Below, in pieces: positions 1-10,131 of a DNA stretch of 64,000 nt (positions are counted from its first letter, which is position 1; each line of letters begins with the position of its first letter). Under the pieces are notes generated by a model. That model was not told the origin of the DNA, ran no database searches, and saw only the letters and a program-made list of their open reading frames with translations. A program made the translations under genes and the position numbers. The DNA comes from Chlamydiota bacterium (GTDB lineage Bacteria; Chlamydiota; Chlamydiia; Chlamydiales; SM23-39). The stretch spans positions 96,745-160,744 of the forward strand of contig DAIDHZ010000001.1 of assembly GCA_027451825.1 (NCBI GenBank). The letters are read 5' to 3'.

Positions 1-1
1 A

Positions 2-667
2 CCATATATAACATCGCTCCTTCTTAATTCAATAACAGAGATTCATTCCGAATGGAAAATGCATCTTGACCAATTAGATGCAGCATTCAGCCGCCCTTTT
101 TATCAAGGATCTCAAATCACCATATCTCCATACGCTGGATTAAGAGCTCTTTGGATCCGTCAAAACTTGAACCTAACATTTCCTAACCGGCCTAATATAA
201 TGCTCCCTCCGGAACCTTTAATTTCTTTATCAAAGAACCAATCTCATAGCTGGGCTATTGGTCCAATGTTGGGAACCCTTGGTCATTCGATGTTAGGTAT
301 GGGATTCCGATTTGAAGGGAAAGCCGGAGCTAGCCTTCTTTACACTCAGTACACAAAAATCAAAAATCATCAAGAAGTTCTCTATCCCATCGATAACACT
401 GGCGATATCGGAAGTGCATCGAACACAAGCTGCACTCACAATGAGAATACGCTAAGACCAACGGCTGAACTTGGCTTAGGCTTAGGCTGGGGATCTTATC
501 TAGACAACCAAAATTATTATTTTGATTTCTCTGCAAGATATGATTTCAACATACTCTGGAATCAAAACATGATGATCAACTTCGTAAATAGCATCAATGG
601 GATAGAAGGAACCTCAGGAAATCTCTATCTCCACGGTCTTACACTCTCTTCACGTTTTGACTTCTAA
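2..667 (+). CDS. Outer membrane porin, MOMP-like, C-terminal fragment (5' end outside window); paralog of the next gene
   Basis: Open frame from the window edge. About 70% identical to the C-terminal half of the 912..1994 product, with the same terminal motif LHGLTLSSRFDF and a C-terminal Phe typical of OM beta-barrels. Confidence 0.6.
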   Translation, partial: PYITSLLLNSITEIHSEWKMHLDQLDAAFSRPFYQGSQITISPYAGLRALWIRQNLNLTFPNRPNIMLPPEPLISLSKNQSHSWAIGPMLGTLGHSMLGMGFRFEGKAGASLLYTQYTKIKNHQEVLYPIDNTGDIGSASNTSCTHNENTLRPTAELGLGLGWGSYLDNQNYYFDFSARYDFNILWNQNMMINFVNSINGIEGTSGNLYLHGLTLSSRFDF

Positions 668-703
668 TTTTTTAGAAGCCATCACTTAAGGAATTGTATT
701 CAG

Positions 704-730
704 GAGCCACTCGAAAGAGTGGTTTTTTTC
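704..730 (+). terminator. Rho-independent terminator (hairpin ccactc-gaaa-gagtgg followed by a T-run)
   Basis: Perfect 6-bp stem with GAAA loop and a T7 run directly after the porin stop. The identical hairpin recurs after the paralog. Confidence 0.65.
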
Positions 731-911
731 ATTTACAAAAAAAAATTCAATCTCTACATTCACAAGAAGTTTGAAAATTTTTTTTGCAACGGAATTTATT
801 TCAAAATCGGGATCCTTTCATTGCTGTATTGGATTCGATTTTGCATAAATTTGAGAAGTTCCCTTGCCAAAGACTTCAATTCAAATGATTAAAAAATCGG
901 AGTCATAAAAA

Positions 912-1994
912 ATGAACAAATCTCTCTTTTTATTATCCCCACTATTAGCAACATCATTGATGGCTGCAAATAACACCGCACAAAATCCATGCCAATGCCT
1001 TGAGCAAGGACTCGGATTAGACTCAGCTCCAAAATGCTATACAGCTGCGTATAACGCACCTGCCGCTATTTCTGTTAAAAACAGCTGGAATTTCAATGCA
1101 TTTGCAAGCTTTATTTACTGGCATGTTTCTCAAGAATCCATGGAAACAGCAATCATTAATCATTCGCTGACCCCTTCAGGATCAAACGCGTCTCAAGCGA
1201 CACCTCTTCCTGATTTTAACTATAAGCCTGGATTTAAAGTAGGATTTGGATTCGATACAAACTATGATGATTGGACCGGCTGGGTCGAATATACATGGCT
1301 CCATCAATCCATCACAAGCACAAATACAACTTCTAACGAAACTCCATATTCCACGAGTCCATGGCTCTCATTGGGGTCCGAAACTACGGGCATCCATTCA
1401 AAATGGAAAATGCATCTTGATATGCTCGATGCAGCTTTCAGCCGTCCATACTATGAAGGGACTCAGATTTCAATCTCTCCATATGCTGGCATGAGAGCTC
1501 TCTGGATCCGTCAAAACTTCAATCTGTTCGTTCAAAATCCTCCATCCGACCCCAACCAACCTACCCTATCAAAAAACCAATCTCATAGCTGGGCGATCGG
1601 TCCAATGCTTGGAACAATCGGACACTGGATGCTTGGAATGGGGTTCCGCTTTGAAGGGAAAGCAAGCGGCAGTCTCCTCTATACTCAATATACGCATTTA
1701 AGAAGCTATCAAGCAGCGACTCAGACGGGTGGTGTTTACAACTCTTCTATGAGAAGCTTCCATAACTACAATGTTCTACGTCCAACAGCTGAACTTGGTG
1801 TAGGATTAGGATGGGGATCCTACTTTGACAACCAAAATTACTATTGGGATCTATCAGCAAGATATGATTTCAACATTTTTTGGGATCAAAACGTAATGGC
1901 ACGCTTTCAAAATGCCTTAGTAAACCTTGTAACAGGAGCCACAGGAAATCTCTATCTCCACGGCCTCACACTCTCTTCTCGGTTTGACTTCTAA
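912..1994 (+). CDS. Outer membrane porin, cysteine-rich MOMP-like family (360 aa), signal peptide present
   Basis: N-terminal signal peptide (MNKSLFLLSPLLATSLMAAN), a Cys-rich N-terminal segment (CQC...KCY), beta-strand-like alternating pattern, and a C-terminal ...SSRFDF. Tandem paralog of the upstream fragment. Confidence 0.6.
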   Translation: MNKSLFLLSPLLATSLMAANNTAQNPCQCLEQGLGLDSAPKCYTAAYNAPAAISVKNSWNFNAFASFIYWHVSQESMETAIINHSLTPSGSNASQATPLPDFNYKPGFKVGFGFDTNYDDWTGWVEYTWLHQSITSTNTTSNETPYSTSPWLSLGSETTGIHSKWKMHLDMLDAAFSRPYYEGTQISISPYAGMRALWIRQNFNLFVQNPPSDPNQPTLSKNQSHSWAIGPMLGTIGHWMLGMGFRFEGKASGSLLYTQYTHLRSYQAATQTGGVYNSSMRSFHNYNVLRPTAELGVGLGWGSYFDNQNYYWDLSARYDFNIFWDQNVMARFQNALVNLVTGATGNLYLHGLTLSSRFDF

Positions 1995-2031
1995 TTTTTT
2001 TAGAAGGATCACTTAAGGAATTGTATTCAGG

Positions 2032-2059
2032 AGCCACTCGAAAGAGTGGTTCTTTTTTT
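2032..2059 (+). terminator. Rho-independent terminator, duplicate of the 704..730 hairpin
   Basis: The same ccactcgaaagagtgg hairpin plus a T-run immediately after the porin stop. Confidence 0.65.
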
Positions 2060-2184
2060 AAAACTATTCTCAGTGTGAATTTTTCGAGGAAATTTCCGAA
2101 CATCGTCGAAGAGGCACAGCGAGAATAGCTCTTTTAAAATGAACATTGAGTCATTTCCGGTATAAAGGCTATACTTTCACCCTC

Positions 2185-5100
2185 ATGAAAGCACCTAATA
2201 TTATCCTCAAAAACGTCCGTGTTCATAACTTAAAAAACGTCTCTTTACGCCTAAAGCCAAAAGAACTCATTGTCTTTACAGGGGTCTCAGGATCCGGAAA
2301 ATCATCCCTTGCTTTCGATACCATCTACGCCGAAGGACAGCGTAGATATCTCGAGTCTCTCTCCCATCAAGTCAGAAGGTCCCTGGGAGATATCCCAAAA
2401 CCCGACGCAGAAGATATTTCAGGGATTGCACCAACCATTGCCATTGAACAAAAAACAGCCGGAAAAACCCCTCGCTCAACGGTCGGGACAATGACCGGCA
2501 TCTACGACTTTTTAAGAGTTCTTTTTGCCAAAATCTCGATTCCCCATTGCCCCATCAGTAAAGAACCGGTGATCGCCCAAAGCAAAGAAAAAATCATTGC
2601 AGAAGTCCAATCTCTTCCCAAACAAGAAAAACTGATTTTTTTAGCGCCTTTTGCTAAAGGACAAAAAGGCGAATTCATCCAAAATTTTCAAGAGCTCGTA
2701 TCGAAAGGTTTTACCAGAGCACGCGTTGATGGCGCCATTTTAGATCTTACAGAAAATATTCAACTCGATAAAAAAGTAGCCCATGATATCGATATTGTCA
2801 TCGATCGAACGACGACATCGGATCCTTCAAGGTGTGCAGAAGCTGTAGGAAATGCTCTCGAATTCGGCAACGGTTTGTTTAGTATCTACAATGTAGACCA
2901 AGACAAAGAAATCACCTTTTCTCAATTTGCTTATGCCAAAAAATCAAATATTTCTTATGGCCCTTTAGCTCCGCATGACTTTTCCTTTAATCACCCGGAA
3001 GGGATGTGTCCTACATGCCATGGACTTGGCACGTCTTCAGAATTCAATCTCTCTCAAATCATCAATCCTGACTTAAGCATTCAAGAAGATTGCTGCGCGG
3101 TTGCCAGCTCCTATCATACAGTCCGCTACGGAAATATTTATGACAATTTGGCTCGCATTTACCGCTTCAACATCAAAACGCCATGGGCAAAACTCCCGAA
3201 AGAAGCACAAGAAGCCTTTCTCTATGGAATCCCTCAAAAGTGGACCAAAATGTCTTTCATCCATCCGGAGAAGAAAACCCACTGGGTTGAATATGTCCAA
3301 TGGAAGGGGGTCATTCATGAGGCCAAAGAAAGACTCATTCAAGCAAAAAGCGATCTTTATCGAAAGAAAATGACCGCTCTCATGCATGAAGACGTATGTC
3401 CATCGTGTCAAGGATCTCGCATTAAGCCGTATCCGTCAGAGGCCAAAATAGGAGATAAAAAAATCCATGAGATCACAAGGCTTTCTTTAGAAGACTGTTT
3501 TTCTTTTTTTAAAAATTTAACCCTCCCGCCTATTGAAAAACAAATTGCTGAAGAACTTTTAAAAGAAATTCAAGAAAAACTCTCCTTCTTAATCAATGTA
3601 GGTCTTGATTATCTCTCTTTAGATCGAACCGCTCCGACTTTAAGCGGCGGAGAATCTCAAAGAGTCAGACTTGCCGCTCAAATTGGAGCCGGCCTTGTGG
3701 GTGCAATTTACGTACTTGATGAGCCATCGATTGGCTTACATCCAAGTGATCATCATCGTCTTGTCGAAACGCTTCTTCATTTGCGAAACCTTGGAAATAC
3801 GGTCATCGTTGTCGAGCATGATATCGATACAATCTTAGCTGCGGATACGATTGTTGATGTAGGCCCCGGCGCAGGAAAGCACGGCGGAGAAATCCTCTCC
3901 ATCGGCAGTGTCGAAACTATCATTCAAAATCCAAAATCAATCACCGGAAAATATCTCTCGCAAGAAATCAAAGTCTCCAAAAAAAGAAGAAAGGTTTCTA
4001 AAGAAAAAATCACAATTCAAGGCGCCTCTCATCACAACCTCCAACGTATCGATGTAGAAATTCCTTTAAATGGCCTCATTTGCGTCACCGGTGTCTCCGG
4101 CTCTGGAAAATCCTCTTTAATTACAGAGACACTCTACCCTGCTCTTGCCAACCACCTTCACGGAGCCGAACTCAATGTAGGAAAGCATAAAGCAATCCAA
4201 GGGTTTGAAAACATCGATAAAGTGATCTCCGTCGATCAGTCTCCTATTGGAAGAACGCCAAGATCCAATGCAGCAACCTATATCAAGCTCTTGGATGATA
4301 TTCGCAATCTTTTTGAAAATCTCCAGATGAGCAAGCTGAGAGGATTTAACGCATCTCATTTCAGTTTCAACGTCAAAGAAGGATCCTGTTCCTACTGCGA
4401 AGGCCTTGGACAAGTGCGTATCGACATGGATTTCATGGAAGATGCATGGGTCGAATGTCCTCAATGTAAAGGGAAAAGATTTGATCCTGAAATTTTACAA
4501 GTTCGCTATAAAAATAAAAACATCGCAGACATTTTAGAGACCGACGTAGAACATGCGCTCATCCTTTTCGAAGCCATCCCCTCCATTCGCAAAAAACTCG
4601 AAGTGCTTTCCAAAGTAGGCCTCGATTATCTGCAGCTCGGGCAACCTTCAACGACCTTATCCGGAGGAGAAGCTCAGCGTATTAAACTTGCAAGAGAACT
4701 ATCTAGGCCTCAAACAGGGAAAACTCTCTACATTCTCGATGAACCAACAACGGGACTTCACTTCCACGATATTCAAAGACTCATCAATGTTCTTGATTCT
4801 TTAGTTGAAAAAGGAAACACGGTTTTAGTCATCGAGCATAATCTTGATTTTATCCGCTCTTCCGATTGGATCATCGATCTTGGACCCGGAGCCGGCATTC
4901 GCGGAGGAAAACTCGTTGCCAAAGGGACTCCTGAAACCATCATCAAATACGACTCTCCCACCGCTAAAGTATTAAGAGAACCTTTTCAGCCGCTCACGCA
5001 AAAGAAAACAAAAATTGAAAAGCCATCCGAAGAAATCATCATCGAAAACGCGACACAAAACAATTTAAAGTCGATCTCTGTAAACATCCCCAAAGGATCC

Positions 5101-7806
5101 ATCACTGTTTTTACAGGACCTTCCGGATCCGGGAAATCATCTCTTGCTTTTGACACCCTTTATGCAGAAGGTCAAAGAAGATATACAGAGACTCTCTCCT
5201 CATATGCACGCACTTTAGTCAAACCCCTTGCAAAACCCAAAGTAGATCGCATTGATGGGCTCTCTCCTGCAATTGCTCTCGAACAAAAAACAGGAGGATT
5301 AAATCCGAGAAGCACCATCGGTACCGTCACAGAAAGCTACGATCTTTTACGAATTTTATACGCCCATTTAGGAACCGCTTTTGATCCGGAAACAAAAGAA
5401 GAGATCAAACAAATCAGCAAAGAATACGTTGTTCAAAAAGCACTCTCTCTTCCTCTGCAAGAGAAAATCCAGATTCTTTCCCCCATTTCTCTTTCTAAAA
5501 AACAAACCTTTGAAGAACTCATTTCCGATCTCAATAAAGAAGGATATCTTCGAATCCGTTTGAACAATAGCTACTTTGAAATCGATGCACCCATTCCTTT
5601 TGAAAAGAAAAGTAAAAATGAGATCTATCTTGTCGTCGATCGAATGAGTGTCGATCCTAAAAATGAAAAAAGACTTTTTGAAGCCATTCAAAAGGCAACA
5701 GAACGCTCCAACGGGATCGTTGTCATTGCCAAAGAAAAAGAAGATCTTTATTTCAATCTTGATTTTGCAGTGGAGAGCACAGGAAAATCATATCCTCGCA
5801 TCACTCCGCAAACCTTTTCTTTCAACCACGACTCGGGAATGTGTTTAGAATGCCAAGGCTTAGGTCTTACCTACGGCGCCCATCTTCTAGAACATCCTGA
5901 AATTCTCAAACTCTCTCTCTTAGAGATCGCAGACCGTCTTTTTAAAGAAAAAGGCTCTGATACAGCCTACTTTCTTTTGGAAGCTTACTTTACAAAATGC
6001 AATATCGACTGCGAGACGCCCCTAAAAAAACTCTCTGAAAAAGACCTTCATTTCATTTTTAACGGCGGACCTTCCATCGACGTTCTTTTCAAAAAACAAA
6101 AAAAAGTCCTTTCTCTTCAATGGCAAGGCTTAAATCCATTCTTTGCAAAAGCATCAAAAATGGCTCGCTCCGAAATCAAAGAATCCATCTTACCTCTTCT
6201 CAAAGCCAGCACCTGTTTAAGCTGCGAGGGATCAAGGCTCAATCCTTTAGCTAGAAATGTTCGTATTGAAAATGTCTCCCTGCCGGAACTTTGCGATCTC
6301 AGCATTCAAGATGCCTATCTATTCGTCCAAAAGATCACTCTTGATAGCGGCCATTTTTTACAAGAAAGCCTCTCTAAAATCCAAAAATCACTCGAGTTTT
6401 TACAATCCATTGGTCTTGGATATCTCTCTTTGAATCGATCCGCTCCCACTTTAAGCGGCGGGGAGTTACAAAGAGTTCGTTTAGCTCGCCAATTAGGATC
6501 TGGCCTTACCTCATGTCTTTATATCCTGGATGAACCAACGATCGGCCTTCATCCTTTCAACAATGAACGGCTCAACAAAGCACTTCAAAAATTACGCGAC
6601 CTCAATAACACGATCATTCTCGTAGAGCATGATCCTATGACCATTCAAATCGCAGATTTCCTTCTCGATTTTGGTCCAAAAGCAGGAAAAGAAGGAGGAC
6701 AAATTACAGCGCAAGGCCCGCTTTCTTCCATCTTAAAAGATCCGAATTCCTTAACAGGCGCATACCTTAGTCAAAGAAAAAAAATCCCAATCCCTCAAAA
6801 AAGACGCCCCCTTGCAAAAGGCATCGAAATCAAAAATGCAAATCTTCACAACTTAAAAAACATCTCTCTTACCATTCCCTATAGCGCCATCACCTGTTTT
6901 ACAGGAGTCTCCGGATCCGGTAAATCAACGCTTGTTCGCTATCTTCTAAAACCTGCCGCAGAAGCTGCCGTTCGAGAAAATAAAAAAGAGATCTCTCTTT
7001 TCGGGACAACCATTACAGGTCTTTCTGCTTTTGAAAAAGTCATTACCATCGATCAAAGTCCGATTGGGCAAACAATCCGCGCCGATGTCAGTACCTACAC
7101 CGATATTCAACCTCTGATCCGATCTCACCTTGCCGAACTCCCTCAAGCCAAAATAAAAGGTCTTATGCCGGGACATTTTAGTCCAAATCACAAAAAAGGG
7201 ATGTGCCGTACCTGCTGGGGACTTGGCTATAAAATGATCGACCTTCAATTTTTACCCTCTGTCAAAATCACCTGCGAATCTTGTAAAGGCTACCGACTCA
7301 ACACTCTTTCGTTAGAAATCAAATATAAAGGGAAAAACTTTGGAGAAATTTTACATCTCACCATTCAAGAAACCCTTTCCTTCTTTGAGCCGATTCCTAA
7401 AATTGCCAAACGACTTAGAATTCTTGAATCCGTTGGACTTTCTTATCTACAGCTTGGACAAGAACTTCACACTCTCTCGGGAGGAGAAGCGCAGCGATTA
7501 AGACTTTCCAGAGAACTTGCCAAAAGAGAAAGCGGAAAAACGCTTTATCTCATCGATGAACCAACCGTTGGTCTTCATAGTGAAGATATCGCAAAATTGC
7601 TGCCCATTTTCCATCAGCTTGCCGACAAGAAAAACACCCTCGTCATCATCGAACACAATATCGACGTCATCTTGAATGCCGACTACATCATCGACTTAGG
7701 CCCCGATGCCGGTATTTTTGGTGGTGAAATCATCGCTCAAGGAACCCCTGAAGAAATAGCAATGTCTAAAACTTCTAAAACAGCCAAGTATCTTAAACAA
7801 TCATGA
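2185..7806 (+). CDS. uvrA: Excinuclease ABC subunit A, double-length fused UvrA-UvrA (about 1870 aa)
   Basis: Four Walker-A motifs (GVSGSGKSSLAFDTIYAEGQRRY, GVSGSGKSSLITETLY, GPSGSGKSSLAFDTLYAEGQRRY, GVSGSGKSTLVRY), four ABC signature LSGGE motifs, and UvrA zinc-finger CxxC pairs. The ORF-track start at 2146 is a TTG. The ATG at 2185 aligns with the canonical UvrA N-terminus. Confidence 0.9.
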   Translation: MKAPNIILKNVRVHNLKNVSLRLKPKELIVFTGVSGSGKSSLAFDTIYAEGQRRYLESLSHQVRRSLGDIPKPDAEDISGIAPTIAIEQKTAGKTPRSTVGTMTGIYDFLRVLFAKISIPHCPISKEPVIAQSKEKIIAEVQSLPKQEKLIFLAPFAKGQKGEFIQNFQELVSKGFTRARVDGAILDLTENIQLDKKVAHDIDIVIDRTTTSDPSRCAEAVGNALEFGNGLFSIYNVDQDKEITFSQFAYAKKSNISYGPLAPHDFSFNHPEGMCPTCHGLGTSSEFNLSQIINPDLSIQEDCCAVASSYHTVRYGNIYDNLARIYRFNIKTPWAKLPKEAQEAFLYGIPQKWTKMSFIHPEKKTHWVEYVQWKGVIHEAKERLIQAKSDLYRKKMTALMHEDVCPSCQGSRIKPYPSEAKIGDKKIHEITRLSLEDCFSFFKNLTLPPIEKQIAEELLKEIQEKLSFLINVGLDYLSLDRTAPTLSGGESQRVRLAAQIGAGLVGAIYVLDEPSIGLHPSDHHRLVETLLHLRNLGNTVIVVEHDIDTILAADTIVDVGPGAGKHGGEILSIGSVETIIQNPKSITGKYLSQEIKVSKKRRKVSKEKITIQGASHHNLQRIDVEIPLNGLICVTGVSGSGKSSLITETLYPALANHLHGAELNVGKHKAIQGFENIDKVISVDQSPIGRTPRSNAATYIKLLDDIRNLFENLQMSKLRGFNASHFSFNVKEGSCSYCEGLGQVRIDMDFMEDAWVECPQCKGKRFDPEILQVRYKNKNIADILETDVEHALILFEAIPSIRKKLEVLSKVGLDYLQLGQPSTTLSGGEAQRIKLARELSRPQTGKTLYILDEPTTGLHFHDIQRLINVLDSLVEKGNTVLVIEHNLDFIRSSDWIIDLGPGAGIRGGKLVAKGTPETIIKYDSPTAKVLREPFQPLTQKKTKIEKPSEEIIIENATQNNLKSISVNIPKGSITVFTGPSGSGKSSLAFDTLYAEGQRRYTETLSSYARTLVKPLAKPKVDRIDGLSPAIALEQKTGGLNPRSTIGTVTESYDLLRILYAHLGTAFDPETKEEIKQISKEYVVQKALSLPLQEKIQILSPISLSKKQTFEELISDLNKEGYLRIRLNNSYFEIDAPIPFEKKSKNEIYLVVDRMSVDPKNEKRLFEAIQKATERSNGIVVIAKEKEDLYFNLDFAVESTGKSYPRITPQTFSFNHDSGMCLECQGLGLTYGAHLLEHPEILKLSLLEIADRLFKEKGSDTAYFLLEAYFTKCNIDCETPLKKLSEKDLHFIFNGGPSIDVLFKKQKKVLSLQWQGLNPFFAKASKMARSEIKESILPLLKASTCLSCEGSRLNPLARNVRIENVSLPELCDLSIQDAYLFVQKITLDSGHFLQESLSKIQKSLEFLQSIGLGYLSLNRSAPTLSGGELQRVRLARQLGSGLTSCLYILDEPTIGLHPFNNERLNKALQKLRDLNNTIILVEHDPMTIQIADFLLDFGPKAGKEGGQITAQGPLSSILKDPNSLTGAYLSQRKKIPIPQKRRPLAKGIEIKNANLHNLKNISLTIPYSAITCFTGVSGSGKSTLVRYLLKPAAEAAVRENKKEISLFGTTITGLSAFEKVITIDQSPIGQTIRADVSTYTDIQPLIRSHLAELPQAKIKGLMPGHFSPNHKKGMCRTCWGLGYKMIDLQFLPSVKITCESCKGYRLNTLSLEIKYKGKNFGEILHLTIQETLSFFEPIPKIAKRLRILESVGLSYLQLGQELHTLSGGEAQRLRLSRELAKRESGKTLYLIDEPTVGLHSEDIAKLLPIFHQLADKKNTLVIIEHNIDVILNADYIIDLGPDAGIFGGEIIAQGTPEEIAMSKTSKTAKYLKQS

Positions 7807-7810
7807 TAAC

Positions 7811-7827
7811 GCCTTCGAAACGAAGGC
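7811..7827 (+). terminator. Hairpin gccttcg-aaa-cgaaggc just after the uvrA stop (weak T tract)
   Basis: Perfect 7-bp inverted repeat 5 nt after the stop codon. No strong U-run, so the function is uncertain. Confidence 0.3.
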
Positions 7828-8001
7828 TAATGATTTACATGATGCAGGAAAGATGCGCACCCCAATCATTAATGGGGTTTGGGGCTTCCCCAACATGCAT
7901 ATCTTTAGCTTTCGCCTCGAAAGCGTTATCCTCAGCCGCTTCGGCGTTATCATGTTTTTTTGTCTTGCATAAATAGACATATGAGTTAAAAGAATTGCAG
8001 C

Positions 8002-9246
8002 TTATATCACAGAAAGAGGATTTTTTGACTCAATCAAATACAACTTATCATTTTTCCTAACCGGCTCAGAAATCGAAAATGAGGCCAAAACACCTTTTTC
8101 TGCAATCTCTACCGGTCCATCTGTATGAAGCGACTCAATGATCCCCTCCACAACGCCGGTCTGAGTCCCTGTGATCAAAATACGATCTCCTAACTTCAGT
8201 TGATTGCTTTCAATCAAGACTTCTGCAACCTGAATCCTTGGAAAATAATTCGTGATTTTACCAATATAAGTTTTACGCTGAGTTGCTTGAGAACCTGGCT
8301 GGCCACTCCATTCTGCAATTTTTCTTCCAAGATAATACCCTTCCCAAAAACCGCGGTTATAAACGGACGCTAGTTTTTCTTTCCAAAGAGCGATATTTTC
8401 AGGGGTATATGTCCCATTTTGAATGGCTTCAACCGCCTGTTTATACGTGGAGACAACTGTATACACATATTCAGGGGCTCTCCCTCGTCCTTCAATTTTT
8501 AAAATCCGAACGCCCGACTCAATGATTTTATCTAAAAAATCGATCGTGCATAAGTCTTTAGGAGACATCACATAATGATTATCCAAGACAAGCTCATTAT
8601 TTGTTTGTTCGTCGATCACGCGATATTTACGTCTACAATTTTGCATGCACTGGCCCCGATTCGCAGAATGATTCGATTCCATCAAGCTCATATGACATTT
8701 GCCTGAAACAGAAATACAAAATGCACCATGAACAAACAGTTCTATTTCAACAAGCTTCCCATTCGGGCCTCGAATATTTTCTTCTTGAATCCGATGGTAA
8801 ATAGACGAAATATTTTCTAAAGAAACCTCTCTTGCCAAAACCATCACGTCACTGAACTGAGAATAGAATCGTACGGCTGCCATATTACAAATATTGGATT
8901 GCGTAGAAATATGAACATTAAGGCCGATTGATTTGGCAAATTGCAACACTGCAATATCGCAGGCGATCACAGCATCGGCGCCGCTTTCTTTAATGGCCAA
9001 ACATAACTTTTCCATAAGCTCAAAATCCTCGTCATAAATCACCGAATTTAACGTGACGTAGGACTTCATATGATGGCTTTTGCAAAGTTCAACAATCTTA
9101 AAAAGATCCTCGATCGAAAAATTGTGCGAAGAATGAGACCGCATATTGAGCGCTTCCAACCCAAAAAAAATCGAGTCTGCGCCTGCTTTAATCGCCGCAT
9201 GAAGAGACTCCCATGAACCAACAGGAGCCATGATTTCTGAAGACAT
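8002..9246 (-). CDS. Peptidase U32 family (collagenase-like, YhbU/PrtC)
   Basis: U32 signature E-x-F-x-H-G-A-x-C-x-S-x-S-G-x-C is present as ELFVHGAFCISVSGKCHMS. Length 414 aa. Confidence 0.8.
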   Translation of the reverse strand: MSSEIMAPVGSWESLHAAIKAGADSIFFGLEALNMRSHSSHNFSIEDLFKIVELCKSHHMKSYVTLNSVIYDEDFELMEKLCLAIKESGADAVIACDIAVLQFAKSIGLNVHISTQSNICNMAAVRFYSQFSDVMVLAREVSLENISSIYHRIQEENIRGPNGKLVEIELFVHGAFCISVSGKCHMSLMESNHSANRGQCMQNCRRKYRVIDEQTNNELVLDNHYVMSPKDLCTIDFLDKIIESGVRILKIEGRGRAPEYVYTVVSTYKQAVEAIQNGTYTPENIALWKEKLASVYNRGFWEGYYLGRKIAEWSGQPGSQATQRKTYIGKITNYFPRIQVAEVLIESNQLKLGDRILITGTQTGVVEGIIESLHTDGPVEIAEKGVLASFSISEPVRKNDKLYLIESKNPLSVI

Positions 9247-9320
9247 TACAACCCTAAAATCTTAATAGAACCATGTAATTCTATAAGACATCAGGATTTT
9301 TCTCCTTAACAAAAACTCAT

Positions 9321-9680
9321 TTACCGATGATGTCCGCCGCCACCGTGCCCGCCGCCGCCGTGCCCGCCGCCGCGATGCCCGCCGCCACGGTAGCCACCAC
9401 CATGATAATGGCCGCCATGATAATGACCTCCGCGATAATAATGAGGATAGCCATGATGATGGTAATAGTTCCAATCATCAAAATCTCCCTCGGAACCAAA
9501 CCAAATCCCGTTATAAAATCCAGGACCATACCATACATCTTGCTCGTAGTAGTAAACTGTCCCATCATCGTTTTCAGGCGCCGTCTGATACTCAACCCCG
9601 GCTCTTACCATCGCACTTAAAGAACTACACACAACAAAAAAAGATAAATAAAAAGCCTTGCTCATCCAAACCTCTTTCAA
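9321..9680 (-). CDS. Secreted Gly/His/Tyr-rich repeat protein (119 aa)
   Basis: N-terminal signal peptide (KAFYLSFFVVCSSLSAMVRA) followed by Tyr/Gly-rich and HYHGG / GGGH repeats. Encoded by tandem approx 15-nt DNA repeats (gtgcccgccgccgcc). The three overlapping ORFs on both strands are frame artefacts of the repeat. Confidence 0.5.
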   Translation of the reverse strand: MKEVWMSKAFYLSFFVVCSSLSAMVRAGVEYQTAPENDDGTVYYYEQDVWYGPGFYNGIWFGSEGDFDDWNYYHHHGYPHYYRGGHYHGGHYHGGGYRGGGHRGGGHGGGGHGGGGHHR

Positions 9681-9816
9681 ATTCGCACAATCTCAAAAAA
9701 ATCAAATTAACGCAACAAATCATCGCCAAAATTTTTAAAACCAATTAAATTAGAAACTTAAAAAATAAATTAACTTTAAATTATAAAAAAACAAAGGTCG
9801 CTGATAGTATGAAATT

Positions 9817-10131
9817 ATGAAAGGTATTTGTCTCAAATTTTACACATACGAGCAGAATAAGCATCACGGCATTCATTTATACCAATGGCTTTTGGATACA
9901 GCCAAAGCACAAAAGATTCATGGAGGCTTTGCCACAAGAGCCATGATCGGCTACGGCCATCATGGCATTACTCATGGGGAACATTTTTTCGAAGTAGGGT
10001 TCAATGCTCCTATAGAAATCACCTTTTTAGTGACAAAAGAAGAATTAGAGAGCTTTCTCAACATCCTCAAACAAGAAAAACTTTCTTGTTTTTATTCCAT
10101 CACAGAGACTGAATTCGGCTTTTTAAGCTGA
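9817..10131 (+). CDS. DUF190 / PII-like domain protein
   Basis: 104 aa. Pattern ...HGxxLYQWLLDxAKxxxIxGxTxxRAxxGYG...I.FLV.KEELESFL matches the DUF190 (PII-like fold) family. Confidence 0.6.
   Translation: MKGICLKFYTYEQNKHHGIHLYQWLLDTAKAQKIHGGFATRAMIGYGHHGITHGEHFFEVGFNAPIEITFLVTKEELESFLNILKQEKLSCFYSITETEFGFLS

Noticed and set aside
2270-7248. Numerous small ORFs inside and antisense to uvrA (e.g. 3073..3411 -, 4117..4464 -, 5368..5691 -)
   Set aside because: Nested in a well-supported 5.6-kb gene, with no independent evidence.
9262-9620. Three extra overlapping ORFs (9262..9474 -, 9317..9595 -, 9327..9620 +) in the Gly/His repeat
   Set aside because: All are alternative frames of the same GC-rich tandem repeat. 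Only the frame with a signal peptide (9321..9680 -) is plausible.
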